Below are positions 28,281 through 37,616 of a stretch of 64,000 bases of DNA, in pieces. Positions within the stretch are counted from its first letter, which is position 1, and every line of letters begins with the position of its first letter. The notes under the pieces are model-generated. The model was not told the origin of the DNA. It did no database searches and saw nothing but the letters and a program-made list of their open reading frames with translations. The stretch comes from Dehalococcoidia bacterium. GTDB lineage: Bacteria > Chloroflexota > Dehalococcoidia > Bin125. Both the position numbers and the translations under genes were made by a program. The DNA is taken from contig DAOUKQ010000005.1 of assembly GCA_034421135.1 (NCBI GenBank), positions 5,408-69,407 on the forward strand, written 5' to 3'.

Positions 28281-29900
28281 TTAGCGCGGACCTCGGCGGG
28301 AGGGTGGCTCGCCCCATCCGCCGCCGCCCGGCGAGTCGATCCGAATGATGTCGCCGGCCTTGACGTCGATCGTCACCTTGCCAGGCAACTTGCGGCGCGA
28401 CCGCAAGCGTCCGTCGGACATCCGTTCCAGGCTGTTCTGGCCGATCCGGCCGGAGCCTCCGCCGTTGGCGCCCCATGGTTGTCGCTGGCGGCGCTCCGTG
28501 ATCAGCGTCACCTGGGCGTCGCCGAGGAACTGCGTGCGGCGAATCAGGCCGTGTCCGCCGCGATGCAGACCGGGCCCCGACGAACGGGCGCGGATCGAGT
28601 TCTCGATCACGCGCAGCGGATACGCCAACTCGAGCGCTTCGGCCGGCGTATTCAACGTATTGGTCATGTGCGAATGAGCCGCATCGAGGCCGGGGCTGTC
28701 GGGACCGCCGCCCAGCCCGCCGCCGGACGTCTCGTAGTACGCCCAGGGCCGGCCGTTGCGCGGATCGATCCCGCCGGCCGCCAGATTATTCATCGTGCCC
28801 GAGGAAGCCGCCGGCATCCGCTCCGGCAGGATCTGCGCGAACGCGCCCCAGACCGTGTCGACGATGCGCTGGGATGTCTCGACATTGCCCGCCGCGACGG
28901 CGACCGGCGACTGGGCGGCGACGACCGATCGGTCCGGCAGCGTGAAGGTGATCGGGCGGAACAGGCCGGAGTTCATCGGCGTGTCGGGCGGCAACAGGCA
29001 GCGGATCACGTAGTAGCAGGCCGAGCGCGTCACCGGCGCGACCGCATTGATCGAAGCCGCGCGCTGCGGCGCGCTGCCGCTGAAGTCGAAGTGCGCGCGG
29101 TCTTCGTCCAGCGTCAACGACAGCCTGATCGGAACCGGATCGGGTTGATGCCCGTCGTCGTCGAGCGCATCCTCGAATGTCCACGAGCCATGCGGCAGGT
29201 CGCGGAGATACGCGCGAGTCAGGCGCTCGCCGTAGTCGAGCAATGCCGCCGTCGTTTCCAGATAGGCGTCATCGCCGTAGTCGTCGTACAGGTCGGCGAC
29301 GCGTCGCTCGCCGAGCCGTTGCGCGGCGATCTGCGCGTTGAAATCGCCGCGCCGCTCGTCGGGTGTGCGGACGTTGCGCAGAATCAGGTCCATCGCCTCC
29401 TCGACGAGTGCTCCGCCGCGATAGAGCCGGATCGGCGGGATCACCAGGCCTTCCTGGATCAATTCACGCGCGACCGGAATCGAACCGGGCGCCATCCCGC
29501 CGATGTCGGCCTGGTGCGCTCGACTGGCGACATAACCGATGGGAAGATCGCCGTCGCCTGCGTCATGCGCAAAGACCGGCGAGACCATGGTCACGTCGGG
29601 CAGGTGCGTACCGCCGAGGAATGGATCGTTCAGGATTGCGAGGTCGCCCGGCTTCCAGGGCGCGAGCCGCTCGACCGCTCGGACCGACTCGGGCATCGCG
29701 CCGAGATGCACGGGAATGTGCGCGGCCTGCGCGAGCAGTTGACCATCCTGGTCGAAGACCGCGCAGGAAAAGTCGGCTCGCTCCTTGATGTTGGGTGAGA
29801 GCGCGGTGTGGCGCAGCGCCGCGCCCATCTCCTCTGCGATGGAGCTGACCAGCGAATCGAAAATCGCGAGTCGCGCCGGATCGATGTTCGTGGTCGGCAT
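28281..29900 (-). CDS. Hydantoinase B/oxoprolinase family subunit
   Basis: SIAEEMG, SPNIKERADFSCA, HIPVHLG, NDPFLGGTHLPD, YYETSGGG, HMTNTLNTP and SPGGGGWG. Confidence 0.92.
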   Translation of the reverse strand: MPTTNIDPARLAIFDSLVSSIAEEMGAALRHTALSPNIKERADFSCAVFDQDGQLLAQAAHIPVHLGAMPESVRAVERLAPWKPGDLAILNDPFLGGTHLPDVTMVSPVFAHDAGDGDLPIGYVASRAHQADIGGMAPGSIPVARELIQEGLVIPPIRLYRGGALVEEAMDLILRNVRTPDERRGDFNAQIAAQRLGERRVADLYDDYGDDAYLETTAALLDYGERLTRAYLRDLPHGSWTFEDALDDDGHQPDPVPIRLSLTLDEDRAHFDFSGSAPQRAASINAVAPVTRSACYYVIRCLLPPDTPMNSGLFRPITFTLPDRSVVAAQSPVAVAAGNVETSQRIVDTVWGAFAQILPERMPAASSGTMNNLAAGGIDPRNGRPWAYYETSGGGLGGGPDSPGLDAAHSHMTNTLNTPAEALELAYPLRVIENSIRARSSGPGLHRGGHGLIRRTQFLGDAQVTLITERRQRQPWGANGGGSGRIGQNSLERMSDGRLRSRRKLPGKVTIDVKAGDIIRIDSPGGGGWGEPPSRRGPR

Positions 29901-29911
29901 CGTGTCGAACC

Positions 29912-31957
29912 TCACGCTTCCCGTGCGAGCGCCAGACTGCCGCTCGGCAGCGGGCTCGCCATCCAACCGGGTGGAACGGTCATCGTGGTGTCGACCTGGG
30001 TGATGATCGCCGGTCCAGCAACCGGCTCGGCGACCGAGGATCGGGCCAGAATCGCCGTGGCGCGCGGTTGATCCCAGGTGACCTGTTCGGTCTCAGCGGC
30101 TGACTGTTCCGCTGTCTGGACGACGCCGATGTTGCCCTCGTAGCCAGGATGTCGAGCCTTGGCTCGGGCGATCACGACTTCGACCGGCGCATCGGAGGAC
30201 GAGAAGGCGAATCGCTCCTCGTGGGCGCGGTGGAACGCGTCGCGGATCGACTCGGCATCGCGTCCCGACGGCAACTGGACCGTGAGCTCGTGCGATTGAC
30301 CTCGGTATCGCAGGTCGGCTGCATATTCGATACCGACCGAATCGCGGTATCCGTCCTCGGCGATGGCCTCCGTCGCCTGTCGGGCGACGGCGTTGAACGC
30401 CTCGTCCAGCCTGGGGATTCCGCCCGCGTCGCCGGGATTGATGGTCAGATGCAGCCCCTGTTCAGCGTCTCGGGTGATATCGGCGATCAGCATCCCCGCC
30501 GCCGACAGCACGCCTGGCGCCGGCGGGATCAGGACTTGCGGAATGCCGAGCGCGTCGGCGAGATCGCAGGCATGGAGCGGTCCCGCGCCGCCGAAGGCGA
30601 CCAGCGTGAATCGCTCGGGATCGTATCCGCGCTCCACCGAGATCACGCGCAGCGCCCGCGCCATGTTCGCGTTGACGACATCAATGACGGCCTGGGCGGC
30701 GGCATCGACCGAGCCGAATGGCTCGGAGATGCTCGCGATTGCGACCCGGGCGCGTTCGACATCCAGGCGGACCGTGCCGCCGAGCTGTTGCTCGGGCCGC
30801 AAGCGGCCCAGCACGGTGTGGGCGTCGGTGACGGTCGGTAGCTGTCCGCGGCCATAGGCCGCCGGACCGGGATCGGCGCCGGCCGATTGCGGCCCCACGC
30901 GCAATGCCCCGCCGACATCGAACCAGGCGATCGAACCGCCACCCGCGCCGACCGTGTGCAGGTCGACAGCCGGCGTGCGGATCGGCATCTCGTCGACCAC
31001 CAGGTCCGTGCGCTCCAGCAAACGTCCGGGGCAGAGCGCGACATCGGCCGAGGTGCCGCCCATGTCGAATGTGATTGCGTTGGGGAATCCGTCCGCTTCG
31101 GCAGCGGCAAACGCGCCGGCGACACCGCCGGCGGGTCCCGACAGCACGGTCCGGACCGCGTTGCGCCCGGCCGACTCGGCCGAGAGCGAGCCGCCGTTGG
31201 ACTGCATGATGCGCAGCCGGACATGGCCCGAACCGGTTTGGACGAGCCGCGATTCCAGTGCGTCCAGGTACGACGTCATCACTGGCGCGAGATAGGCGTT
31301 GGCCGTGGTCGTGCTCATTCGCTCAAACTCACGGTGTTGGGGCAAGATTTCGTGAGAGGCGGAGACGCTGAACCCGCGCTCGCGCGCCCGATCAGCGGCG
31401 ATCCGCTCATGCTCGGGATTGATGAAGCTAAACAGGAAGCAGATCGCGATGCTGCGCACGTTGGTGCGCGCGATCCGATCCAGCACCGCATCGAGCTCAT
31501 CGACCGAGAGCGCCTGCACGACGGAACCATCGGCCGCAATCCGCTCATCGACTTCGTAGCGCAGGCGTCGGGGAATCAACGGGTCGGGACGTTGGGGATG
31601 CAGCGCGTAGAGGTCGGGCCGCGCTTGCCGGCCGATCACCAGCGTGTCGCGGAATCCCCTGGTCGTGATCAACGCCACCGGAGCGCCGGTCCGGGTGAGC
31701 AGCGTGTTGGTCGCGACTGTCGAGCCGTGTACGACCTCGTCCGGCGACCAGCCGAACTCGGCCAGGCCGTCGATGATCGCGCGTCCCGGATCGTCCGGCG
31801 TGGACGGCCGCTTGGCAATCGCGATCTGTCCATCGTTGAGTAAGACGAAATCCGTGAAGGTCCCGCCGACATCGACGCCGAGCAACGATCCATGCGATCG
31901 GGCAGCGCCCGCGCGGTTGGCATTCGGCGAGTTCGGCGAAGTGGGGGAATTGGGCAT
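29912..31957 (-). CDS. Hydantoinase A/oxoprolinase family subunit (ATP-binding)
   Basis: GVDVGGTFTD, HGSTVATN, SGPAGGV, DMGGTSADV, GAGGGS, SAGADPGP and FGGAGPLHA. Confidence 0.92.
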   Translation of the reverse strand: MPNSPTSPNSPNANRAGAARSHGSLLGVDVGGTFTDFVLLNDGQIAIAKRPSTPDDPGRAIIDGLAEFGWSPDEVVHGSTVATNTLLTRTGAPVALITTRGFRDTLVIGRQARPDLYALHPQRPDPLIPRRLRYEVDERIAADGSVVQALSVDELDAVLDRIARTNVRSIAICFLFSFINPEHERIAADRARERGFSVSASHEILPQHREFERMSTTTANAYLAPVMTSYLDALESRLVQTGSGHVRLRIMQSNGGSLSAESAGRNAVRTVLSGPAGGVAGAFAAAEADGFPNAITFDMGGTSADVALCPGRLLERTDLVVDEMPIRTPAVDLHTVGAGGGSIAWFDVGGALRVGPQSAGADPGPAAYGRGQLPTVTDAHTVLGRLRPEQQLGGTVRLDVERARVAIASISEPFGSVDAAAQAVIDVVNANMARALRVISVERGYDPERFTLVAFGGAGPLHACDLADALGIPQVLIPPAPGVLSAAGMLIADITRDAEQGLHLTINPGDAGGIPRLDEAFNAVARQATEAIAEDGYRDSVGIEYAADLRYRGQSHELTVQLPSGRDAESIRDAFHRAHEERFAFSSSDAPVEVVIARAKARHPGYEGNIGVVQTAEQSAAETEQVTWDQPRATAILARSSVAEPVAGPAIITQVDTTMTVPPGWMASPLPSGSLALAREA

Positions 31958-31991
31958 CGTGGCGATAGTGTACGAGGAGTGTCTGGATTGC

Positions 31992-32020
31992 TTGACCGCT
32001 CCACGGTGCGCACATAGCGT
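31992..32020 (+). promoter_or_regulatory. Sigma70-type promoter for rplY
   Basis: TTGACC-17 nt-TAGCGT in the divergent intergenic region. Confidence 0.5.
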
Positions 32021-32093
32021 CGATTGGTAAGCTCTCGGCTGAGCAACGAATATCGAACGACACACCGAATGCGGTTGAGACGGATGGTTGGCA

Positions 32094-32750
32094 ATGTCTG
32101 ACGTGGCGGAAATGGTTATGCAAGCGGAGACGCGAAGCGTCCTGGGCAAGAAAGTCAAGCAACTGCGCCGCCTGGGACTCGTCCCAGCCAATGTCTACGG
32201 ACGCGGACGAGAGTCGCGTGCGATTCAGACCCCGCTCAACGAAGTCCAGCGCGTCTTCACCGCGGTCGACCGCAACGCAGTGGTCCCGATCTCGATCGAC
32301 GGCGCCGAGGAGACGATCCCGGTGGTGCTGCGCGATGTGCAGCGACATCCGGTGAATCGCAACATCCTGCATCTCGACTTCTACGAGGTCGACCTGACGC
32401 GCCGCATCCACTCCGAGGCCCGACTGGTGCTGATTGGCAGCTCCGAAGCGGAGAGCCAGGGCGGCACCGTGGTGCAGTCGCTGGAGTACGTCACGCTCGA
32501 GGCGCTGCCGAACGAGATGCCCTCGGTGCTTGAAGTCGATATCTCGGGTCTTGACGACTTCGGGCAGTCCGCGCTGGTTCGCGACCTGACCCTTCCCGAC
32601 GGCGTGGTCGCCGTGACCGACGAAACGGTCGCGGTAGCGACGGTGCTCGCGCCGCGCGTCGCCGAGGAAGACGAAGAAGAGGTCGAGGGCGAAGAGCTGC
32701 TCGACGGCGAAGAAGCGGAAGACGGCGAGACCGAGGAAGCGGAAGAGTAA
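32094..32750 (+). CDS. rplY: 50S ribosomal protein L25/Ctc
   Basis: GKKVKQLRRLGLVPANVYG, QRHPV..ILHLDFY and an acidic C-terminal tail. Confidence 0.95.
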   Translation: MSDVAEMVMQAETRSVLGKKVKQLRRLGLVPANVYGRGRESRAIQTPLNEVQRVFTAVDRNAVVPISIDGAEETIPVVLRDVQRHPVNRNILHLDFYEVDLTRRIHSEARLVLIGSSEAESQGGTVVQSLEYVTLEALPNEMPSVLEVDISGLDDFGQSALVRDLTLPDGVVAVTDETVAVATVLAPRVAEEDEEEVEGEELLDGEEAEDGETEEAEE

Positions 32751-32775
32751 CGCTTCCAGCCGTCTACGCCCACGC

Positions 32776-33813
32776 TTATGCCGATCGCCGGACCCGGTCG
32801 CCGCGGAGCTGTCCGCAGGCGGCCGCGATGTCGCGGCCCTGCTCGACACGCACGGTGGTGGCAACGCCGCGCTCCTGCAGCGCCTGCTGGAATCCCAGCG
32901 TCGCGCGGCGCGATGGACGTTCGCCGACCACACCAGGCGACGGGTTGAGCGGAATCAGATTGACGTGCGCCCGGAGTCCCTTGATCTGCTCCGCCAACCG
33001 CCGGGCGTGCGCGCGGCTGTCGTTGATCCCCTTGAGCAGTACGTACTCGAAGGTCACGCGCCCGCCGGTCGCCCGGTTGTGATCGCGGACCGCGCCGAGG
33101 ATATCGTCGATCGACGCGCCCGGAACCGGCACCAGTTCCTTGCGCAGCTTCGGATCGGGCGCGTGGAGCGAGACCGCCAGGTTGACCTGTGGATGGTCCT
33201 CTCCGAGACGGCGAATGTTCTGGGGAATGCCGACGGTCGACACGGTGATCCGTCGAGGCGACAGGCCGAAGCCGTCCGGATCGCTGAGCCGGGCAATCGC
33301 CTGGCTGACGTGGTCGTAGTTGGCCAGCGGCTCGCCCATGCCCATGAAAACGACGTGGGTCAGTTCGAGCCCTTCATCACGCGACCAGGACCGCGCGAGG
33401 ATCGCCTGCCGCAGAATCTCGCCGGACGTGAGTTGGCGTCGGAGTCCCTGCAATCCGGTCGCGCAGAAGACGCAGCCCATGGCGCAACCCGCCTGGGAAG
33501 ACACGCAGACCGTATGACGCGGCTCGGAGCGAATCAGCACGGTCTCGATCAGTTCGCCGTCTCCCAGCGGCAGCAGCGCCTTGCTGGTCGAGCCGTCCTC
33601 CGATGTCTGCGTGTCCAGAGGCGCCGCAGGCGCCGTGAACGCCTCGCCGAGCTGCGCGCGTAGGGAAGCCGGGAGATCGGACATCGCGGCTGGATCAAGA
33701 ACGCCTCGCTGATAGACCTGCCGCCAGATTTGCCGGGCCCGATACGCAGGCTGGCCGAGCGACTCAACGAGCTCCGACATGGCTGATTGATCGAGGTCGA
33801 GCAGGTCAGGCAT
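32776..33813 (-). CDS. rlmN: 23S rRNA m2A2503/tRNA A37 methyltransferase
   Basis: CVSSQAGCAMGCVFCATG (CX3CX2C), MGMGEP, SLHAP, VNLIPLN and AACGQL. Confidence 0.96.
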   Translation of the reverse strand: MPDLLDLDQSAMSELVESLGQPAYRARQIWRQVYQRGVLDPAAMSDLPASLRAQLGEAFTAPAAPLDTQTSEDGSTSKALLPLGDGELIETVLIRSEPRHTVCVSSQAGCAMGCVFCATGLQGLRRQLTSGEILRQAILARSWSRDEGLELTHVVFMGMGEPLANYDHVSQAIARLSDPDGFGLSPRRITVSTVGIPQNIRRLGEDHPQVNLAVSLHAPDPKLRKELVPVPGASIDDILGAVRDHNRATGGRVTFEYVLLKGINDSRAHARRLAEQIKGLRAHVNLIPLNPSPGVVGERPSRRATLGFQQALQERGVATTVRVEQGRDIAAACGQLRGDRVRRSA

Positions 33814-34792
33814 CGTCGGCGCCGCATTGATGGTCGCATTGTTGGTCGCATTGATGGTCGAACTGTTGACCGGCCAGATTCCTGCTTCCTCTCGCGAATT
33901 CGGCCGCGCTCAACTCGCGCTTGCCCGCTCGCTGTAGTCGCAGGACTCGAAGCGTGCCCGCGCCCGTTGCGACATCAATGCCGTCACCGAGACCGACGAT
34001 TACGCCGGCCTCAGCGTCCGCTTTGGCCGGGGAACTCACGGCCTCGGTGATCCGAATCGCGGACCCGCTGAGCGTGGTCGTCGCGGCTGGCCAGGGAGTG
34101 TAGGCGCGGACGTGTCTGGCGATCTGTGCCGCTGGTTGGGTCCAGTCGATCTTGCCTTGTTGTTTCTTCACACGTCGGGCACGAGTCGCCAAATTCGAGT
34201 CCTGCGGTCTGGCGGCGACTGAGCCGCCGAGCCAGTCGGGGATGGTCGCCATCAGCAGGTCCGCGCCCATCCGGGCGAGCCGATCGCTCAACTGTCCGGC
34301 GTCTTCCGCCGGTTCAATCTTCGTGAGCTGCTGCGTGACGATGTCACCCGTGTCCTCGGTTTCGTCGAGCAACATGATCGTGACGCCGGTCTCGGTATCG
34401 CCGTGGAGGATGGCCGCCGAAATCGGCGACGCGCCCCGCCAGCGCGGAAGCAGGGACGCGTGAACGTTGAGGCTGCCGTAACGGGGCAGATCGAGAATCT
34501 CTCCGGGAATGATCTGCCCATAAGCGGCGACAATCTGCAAATCGGGTTTCAAGCTGGCGATCTGCGCGATCGCGGCGCGATCTCGGAGTCGTGCCGGCTG
34601 AATGGCGGGAATGCCATGCTCTGCGGCGACCTGCTTGACCGGCGGCGGTCGTAGCGAGCGCCCACGTCCGGCGCGAGCGTCGGGTTGAGTGACTACGGCG
34701 ATCGGCCGGTATGCACTGTCGATCAGGGCTCGCAGTGTGGGAACGGCGAAGTCGGGCGATCCGTAGAACAGGACTCGCGGTGAATCGGGCAT
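33806..34792 (-). CDS. fmt: Methionyl-tRNA formyltransferase
   Basis: FYGSPDFAV, VVTQPD, VAAYGQI and NVHASLLPRWRGASPI. Confidence 0.95.
   Translation of the reverse strand: MPDSPRVLFYGSPDFAVPTLRALIDSAYRPIAVVTQPDARAGRGRSLRPPPVKQVAAEHGIPAIQPARLRDRAAIAQIASLKPDLQIVAAYGQIIPGEILDLPRYGSLNVHASLLPRWRGASPISAAILHGDTETGVTIMLLDETEDTGDIVTQQLTKIEPAEDAGQLSDRLARMGADLLMATIPDWLGGSVAARPQDSNLATRARRVKKQQGKIDWTQPAAQIARHVRAYTPWPAATTTLSGSAIRITEAVSSPAKADAEAGVIVGLGDGIDVATGAGTLRVLRLQRAGKRELSAAEFARGSRNLAGQQFDHQCDQQCDHQCGADDA
33824..33859. repeat. 12-bp tandem repeat x3 in the fmt 3' end
   Basis: gcattgatggtc / gcattgttggtc / gcattgatggtc, encoding DHQC-DQQC-DHQC on the minus strand. Confidence 0.85.
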
Positions 34793-34820
34793 GGTCAGGC
34801 CGGAGGTTGAACAGGCCGGG

Positions 34821-35045
34821 TCAGACCTGGGTAGCGGCGATGCTCAGGCCGACGAAGACGAGCATCAGCACGATGGTTCCGCGAAACAGCGTGCGCTCGA
34901 TCCCGCGACGAGTGCGGTACGAGTCCCCGCCCGCGCCGCCGAAGATGTTGCCCAGACCGGCGCCCTTGGCCTGGAGGATCACGGCGCCAATCACGACGAG
35001 CGCGACCAGGATCTGAATGACGTTGAGAATCTCGGAAGTGTCCAC
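34821..35045 (-). CDS. secG: Preprotein translocase subunit SecG
   Basis: 74 aa with two TM helices, ILQAKGAGLGNIFGG and RRGIERTL. Confidence 0.92.
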   Translation of the reverse strand: MDTSEILNVIQILVALVVIGAVILQAKGAGLGNIFGGAGGDSYRTRRGIERTLFRGTIVLMLVFVGLSIAATQV

Positions 35046-35086
35046 GTGGCCGTCGCGTCTCCGTTGATGTGGCTTTCTTGAGCGCC

Positions 35087-36496
35087 CTACTGCGGCGAAA
35101 CGCCGACGCGCGCCGGACGCCGTGGTCGGACGCCCGCCTCGCGTCCTTCATGGTATGCGGTCATGATGGCGTCGGCGAGCTTGGCGCTGTCGTGCCGGTA
35201 ACGGTTGCCCGTATCGACGATGTCCGACTCGATGATCCGCAGCGGATCGGTCAGCTTCGAGTCGTCGAGATCGCGGTCGATCCGGACCGGCTCAGACTTC
35301 CATCCGCGAGGCAGCCGGGCGCGGCTGTTGCTGTTGGCGATCACCGCGTCGAACGGCAGTCCTCCGATGTGGTCGGCAATCACGCGAGCGTGATCCTGGA
35401 CGCTGAAGTGGTCGGTTTCGCCGTGCTGGGTCGCCACGTTGGAGACATAGAGCTTCATCGCCGCCGACTCCTGGAACGCGAGCCGCAGGTCGGGGACGAG
35501 CAGGTTGGGCAGCACTGAAGTAAAGAGCGAACCGGGTCCGACCACGATCAAGTCTGCGTTGCGAATCGCGTTCAATGTCTCGGGATAGGCCGAGGGATGC
35601 TGAGGCTCAAGGTTCAGATGCGCAATGTGCTGTCCCGCCTCCGTAATCGAGGACTCGCCGCGAATGCGCTCGCCGTCGGCGGTCGTCGCGGCGAGCTGGA
35701 CGTTGTCCAGCGTGGACGGCAGGATCTTGCCCCGCACGGCGAGCACCCGGCCGGTCTCGTGAATCGCCTCTTCCATCGACCCGGCCACATCCGACATCGC
35801 GACGATGAACAGGTTCCCAAACGAGTGACCCTCAAGCCCGTTGCCCGATCCTTCGGGGAAGCGGTACTGGAACAGCCGCGTCATCAGCGGCTCGGCGTCG
35901 GCCAGCGCCGCGATGCAGTTGCGCAGGTCGCCGGGCGGAATGATGCCCATGTCGCGTCTCAGACGGCCGGACGATCCGCCGTCGTCTGCGACGCTGACCA
36001 CGGCCGACAGATTGTCGGTGTACGCCTTGAGTCCGCGCAGCAAGACCGATAGTCCAGTGCCGCCGCCAATGCAGACGATGCGGATGCCCCGACCGGCGAA
36101 ACGCTGGCGATGCAGTAGCTCGACCAGCGGCTCCTCGGCTCCGGTGCGGCTGTCGGACGAGCGGGCCGCCATGACCAGCCCCGATGTGAACTTGCCGATG
36201 CCGATCCCGATACAAAGAACCGCCAGACCGACCAGGACCGCGCCGCGAATCGCGTAAGGCAGAAACTGGAGCGTGATGTAGTAAAACGCGCCGGGCAACG
36301 TGACGGTCAGATAGAGCTCGCGGGCGAGGAAGGAGACGCCCAGACCGAGCAGTCCCATGCCGAAGATCAGCAGGACGAACCAGCGCTTGATACCGATCCC
36401 GGGCACGAGCCACTTGCGCAGGTGCCATTCGGGACGAGAGCCGTTGCCGCTGGGGACATCCTCAGGCGGACCCGAACCTCGGCTGCGTCGGAACAT
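35087..36496 (-). CDS. YvcK/GlmR (UPF0052) family protein with N-terminal TM extension
   Basis: PGIGIKRW plus TM segments, IGGGTGLS, ADDGGSSGRLR, PPGDLRNC, GHSFGNL and GPGSLFTSVLPNL. Confidence 0.92.
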   Translation of the reverse strand: MFRRSRGSGPPEDVPSGNGSRPEWHLRKWLVPGIGIKRWFVLLIFGMGLLGLGVSFLARELYLTVTLPGAFYYITLQFLPYAIRGAVLVGLAVLCIGIGIGKFTSGLVMAARSSDSRTGAEEPLVELLHRQRFAGRGIRIVCIGGGTGLSVLLRGLKAYTDNLSAVVSVADDGGSSGRLRRDMGIIPPGDLRNCIAALADAEPLMTRLFQYRFPEGSGNGLEGHSFGNLFIVAMSDVAGSMEEAIHETGRVLAVRGKILPSTLDNVQLAATTADGERIRGESSITEAGQHIAHLNLEPQHPSAYPETLNAIRNADLIVVGPGSLFTSVLPNLLVPDLRLAFQESAAMKLYVSNVATQHGETDHFSVQDHARVIADHIGGLPFDAVIANSNSRARLPRGWKSEPVRIDRDLDDSKLTDPLRIIESDIVDTGNRYRHDSAKLADAIMTAYHEGREAGVRPRRPARVGVSPQ

Positions 36497-36502
36497 AACG
36501 GC

Positions 36503-36508
36503 ACTATA
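36503..36508 (-). promoter_or_regulatory. -10 hexamer TATAGT 6 nt before the yvcK ATG (leaderless-type start)
   Basis: TATAGT-gccgtt-ATG with no SD. Confidence 0.5.
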
Positions 36509-36593
36509 GTGCTGTTCGCACTTGAGGCGGTAGCTTGGACTCTGCATAACGAATCGCATCGGCGCAATCGCCGACTAGACAGGATCCCTGAAG

Positions 36594-37613
36594 ATGGAAC
36601 AGCGACGATTCGGAAACAGCGACCTCGTAGCATCGGCGGTCGGCTTCGGCACCTGGGAGATGAGCGGCAACATGTACGGTCACATCGACCGCACTGAGGC
36701 CGCCCGAGCCGTGAACATGGCCATCGACCGCGGCATCACCCTGTTCGACACCGCAGAGGTCTACGGACCCAATCACTCCGAGGAACTGCTCGCCGAGGGA
36801 CTGGGCAGCCGCCGCAACGAGGTCGTGCTCGTCACCAAGGTCGGCTTCGACTACAACGACGTGCCCCAGGTGATCGGTCTGAACTCGAAGAAGGACCACA
36901 TCATCGAGCACACCGAGGGCTGTCTACGCCGGCTTCAGACCGACTACGTCGACCTGATGCTGATCCACTGGCCCGACCACGACACGCCGTTCGACGAGAC
37001 GATGGAAGGCTTGGAAGAACTCAAGCAGGCCGGCAAGATTCGCCATTACGGCGTCTCCAACTTCAACATCGACATGATGGAGGAGTGCCAACGCCACGGG
37101 AACATCGTCGCCAACCAGGTCGGCTATCACATGTTCGACCGGCGCATGGAATCCCGCGTGCTGCCCTGGTGCATGGCCAACGGCGTCGGCTTCATGTCCT
37201 ACGGATCGCTCGCCTTCGGTCTCCTGACCGCCGCCTTCCAGCCCGATCACCAGTTCGACGAGAGCGACTGGCGACGCAACGGTACCGCCTTCAACCTGCC
37301 GCTGTTCGAGGGCGAGCGCTTCAAGCAGGAGGTCGAGATCGCCAACCGACTGGCCGAGCTCGCCGACGGCTACGGCAAGACCTGTGCGCAGCTTGGCATC
37401 GCCTGGGTCCTCGACCACCCGGGCGTCAGTTGCGCCCTGGTCGGCATGAGGAATGAGCGAGAGCTCGAAGAGAACGTCGCCGCCACCGACTGGAAACTCA
37501 CTGAGGAGATCCGCTCAGGCGTCAACCAGATCTTCGACGAAGTCGGAGTCCCGACCTACCAAAACCTCGAGCAAGTCGTCCACGTCGGCATGGCCACCGG
37601 CCGCCGGCGGTAG
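36594..37613 (+). CDS. Aldo/keto reductase
   Basis: GFGTWEM, FDTAEVYG, LVTKVG, LIHWPD, GVSNF, NQVGYHM and AQLGIAW. Confidence 0.93.
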   Translation: MEQRRFGNSDLVASAVGFGTWEMSGNMYGHIDRTEAARAVNMAIDRGITLFDTAEVYGPNHSEELLAEGLGSRRNEVVLVTKVGFDYNDVPQVIGLNSKKDHIIEHTEGCLRRLQTDYVDLMLIHWPDHDTPFDETMEGLEELKQAGKIRHYGVSNFNIDMMEECQRHGNIVANQVGYHMFDRRMESRVLPWCMANGVGFMSYGSLAFGLLTAAFQPDHQFDESDWRRNGTAFNLPLFEGERFKQEVEIANRLAELADGYGKTCAQLGIAWVLDHPGVSCALVGMRNERELEENVAATDWKLTEEIRSGVNQIFDEVGVPTYQNLEQVVHVGMATGRRR

Positions 37614-37616
37614 CGG

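Noticed and set aside
35087-36496. CofD (F420 biosynthesis) call for the UPF0052 protein
   Set aside because: The GGGTGLS/ADDGGSSG.LR/GHSFGNL motifs and TM extension match YvcK/GlmR, not CofD.
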